DNA of 55,822 nucleotides, from positions 1 through 55,822 of the IMG/VR virus record IMGVR_UViG_3300020469_000059. One strand, 5' to 3'. Below the pieces are notes generated by a model. It was not told where the DNA came from. It was given only the letters and a program-made list of their open reading frames with translations, and did not search any database. Shown one piece after another: positions 54,596-55,822 of the stretch. Numbering within the stretch: the first letter of the stretch is position 1; every line of letters starts with the position of its first letter. The stretch comes from a virus. Its lineage: Duplodnaviria > Caudoviricetes. A program made the translations under genes and the position numbers.

Positions 54596-55032
54596 TCATT
54601 GGGGTAAGCCTCCTCCATAATCTTTTCCATCCGAACCCAGTGGGCGCGACCATCCTCCGTCTTGAGACGGACGTATTCTTTCTTTCCGAAGTCCTTAGTA
54701 TGCACTAAAAAAGGGACGCCCCTGTATCTTTTGCTCGTATTCTGGTATTTCCAGACAGCCCCGTATGGCGTTACCTTGTAATCAGGATAGCCGTCTACCA
54801 CTACAAACTCCTCGTCCGGCAGTCCGTGGCAGGCCACAGATGGTCTGTCGTGGTTTACTTTCCTGTAGACGCCCTCGTCGTCAGTAACAAAGGAGTGGTG
54901 TTTTAGGTTCTGCCAGTAACGCTTGATCTTCTTGTCGGTTTTCAGGTTGTAGACGTAATCGTCGTCGGTCAGGGCGTAATGGGACGCTCCCTCAATAGGT
55001 GTCCAGTCTTCGGGTATTTTGTGTTCAATCAT
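54592..55032 (-). CDS. Protein with two NUMOD4-like repeats and no HNH domain
   Basis: WTPIEG..HY.LT....VY and F..VDGYPDY.VT.YG.VW....YVRL. Confidence 0.6.
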   Translation of the reverse strand: MIEHKIPEDWTPIEGASHYALTDDDYVYNLKTDKKIKRYWQNLKHHSFVTDDEGVYRKVNHDRPSVACHGLPDEEFVVVDGYPDYKVTPYGAVWKYQNTSKRYRGVPFLVHTKDFGKKEYVRLKTEDGRAHWVRMEKIMEEAYPND

Positions 55033-55041
55033 GTCGGAGTT

Positions 55042-55124
55042 GGTAAAAAAAACTTTTCTCTGAGGCTCTTAGTACCTAATAATATATTATTAGGTACTAT
55101 ACGTCCAGAAGAAAAGTTTTTTTT
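55042..55124. repeat. ~80-bp palindromic element, copy 2
   Basis: Perfect 30-bp core TAGTACCTAATAATATATTATTAGGTACTA with A-tract/T-tract arms. Confidence 0.9.
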
Positions 55125-55160
55125 CTGGTTTTAGGTGCTGCTTTTCCAGCACTGCATATC

Positions 55161-55241
55161 GGTAAAAAAAACTTTTCTCTGAGGCTCTTAGTATCTAATA
55201 ATATATTATTAGGTACTAAAGGTCTGAGGAGAAAGTTTTTT
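55161..55241. repeat. ~80-bp palindromic element, copy 3
   Basis: GGTAAAAAAAACTTTTCTCTGAGGCTCTTAGTATCTAATAATATATTATTAGGTACTAAAGGTCTGAGGAGAAAGTTTTTT. Confidence 0.9.
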
Positions 55242-55500
55242 ATTGGGTTTTAAGTGCCGCTTTTCTAGCATTGCGTTTAGCCATGATTTTAGCCTTGTTT
55301 TTACGGTAATACTCTTTGTTGTAGTTCTTTACCCGATTCTTGAATGACTCATACTCCTCCGGCTCAAGGACTTTTGCCACCTCTAATTTCCGAGAGTAGC
55401 TGTATTTTGTCTTACGGTAATACTCATTTTGGTAGTCGAGCCTCTTTTCCCGATTCTTCAAATAGTATTCCTTCTTCTTTTTTGGGTCGTAATTTGCCAT
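55240..55500 (-). CDS. Small basic Tyr/Lys-rich helical protein
   Basis: KEYY.KN.EK-type repeats; ATG at 55500 matches the promoter spacing. Confidence 0.65.
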   Translation of the reverse strand: MANYDPKKKKEYYLKNREKRLDYQNEYYRKTKYSYSRKLEVAKVLEPEEYESFKNRVKNYNKEYYRKNKAKIMAKRNARKAALKTQ

Positions 55501-55505
55501 GCCCA

Positions 55506-55534
55506 ACTCTAGCCGAAAGCCAGACCCCCGTCAA
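55506..55534 (-). promoter_or_regulatory. Sigma70-type promoter, leaderless geometry
   Basis: A-tract, then TTGACG-N17-TAGAGT, 5 nt before the ATG at 55500. Confidence 0.65.
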
Positions 55535-55603
55535 TTTTTTTCTAAACACACATATATACATGTGCACGCCACGCAAAAAAGTCGAGACCTACCGGTGGCG
55601 TAT

Positions 55604-55711
55604 CCCGAACCCCGAACCCCGAACCACTATCACTATCATCACATCACGATACGACGATGCGTGATTCAGGGTGGGGGATCAGGATGCGGGAATCAGGGAA
55701 CAGGGAATCAG
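55604..55711 (+). repeat. Short non-coding repeats near the genome end
   Basis: (CCCGAAC)x3 and four (A/T)TCAGG-ending units at ~13-14-nt spacing. Confidence 0.7.
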
Positions 55712-55755
55712 GTGTCGGTGGATCGACAGGATGGCGGGACGTTGCTCTGCATCGT

Positions 55756-55822
55756 GTCTGGTCTGGTCTGGTCTGGTCTGGTCTGGTCTGGTCTGGTCTG
55801 GTCTGGTCTGGTCTGGTCTGGT
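55756..55822 (+). repeat. (GGTCT)n pentamer array running off the contig end
   Basis: About 13 perfect copies. Confidence 0.95.

Larger units (their letters stand above)
1..55822. mobile_element. Near-complete dsDNA tailed phage genome, podovirus-like
   Basis: TerL, portal, scaffold, major capsid, tail, lysis and DNA replication genes in dense operons with many TAATG/ATGA overlaps; no host housekeeping genes. Confidence 0.97.

Noticed and set aside
1-55822. Genome-wide stop-codon reassignment, prompted by the TGA at 3343
   Set aside because: TGA, TAG and TAA all end clearly complete genes, many in ATGA overlaps; coding density is already high under the standard code

Overview
The window is a near-complete ~56 kb dsDNA tailed-phage genome with podovirus-like organisation: no sheath or tape-measure gene, and no recognisable RNA polymerase or integrase. 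The host cannot be determined. Sigma70-type promoters, few Shine-Dalgarno motifs and spanins point to a Gram-negative host; a PVC-group bacterium is only a guess. There are four blocks. (1) 1-4.4 kb, + strand: small early genes (C39-like peptidase, DUF932, DenV-like), almost each separated by one of two families of conserved hairpins. (2) 4.4-21.2 kb, - strand: terminase large subunit, probable ejection proteins and a 3941-aa modular polyvalent virion protein. (3) 21.2-32.9 kb, + strand: replication block (HTH/TerS candidate, RuvC-like resolvase, SF2 helicase, DnaA domain-IV protein, Cas4-like nuclease, SSB, family A polymerase, primase-helicase). (4) 32.9-55.5 kb, - strand: portal, scaffold, capsid, tail proteins, three glycosyltransferases, a trypsin-like protease, the lysis cassette and small basic proteins. 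The contig ends inside a (GGTCT)n array. Best candidates for new biology: a putative virion-glycosylation module (GT25/GT8/GT32-like genes directly after a Ser-Asp/Ser-Gly-repeat tail protein); a thrice-repeated double-hairpin leader that buries the start codon; three copies of an ~80-bp palindrome in front of the late blocks; a tandem RNA motif in the capsid leader; leaderless promoters; and the linker-delimited modules of the giant protein, including a glycosylase-like domain. All family assignments come from motif recognition by eye, not database searches.
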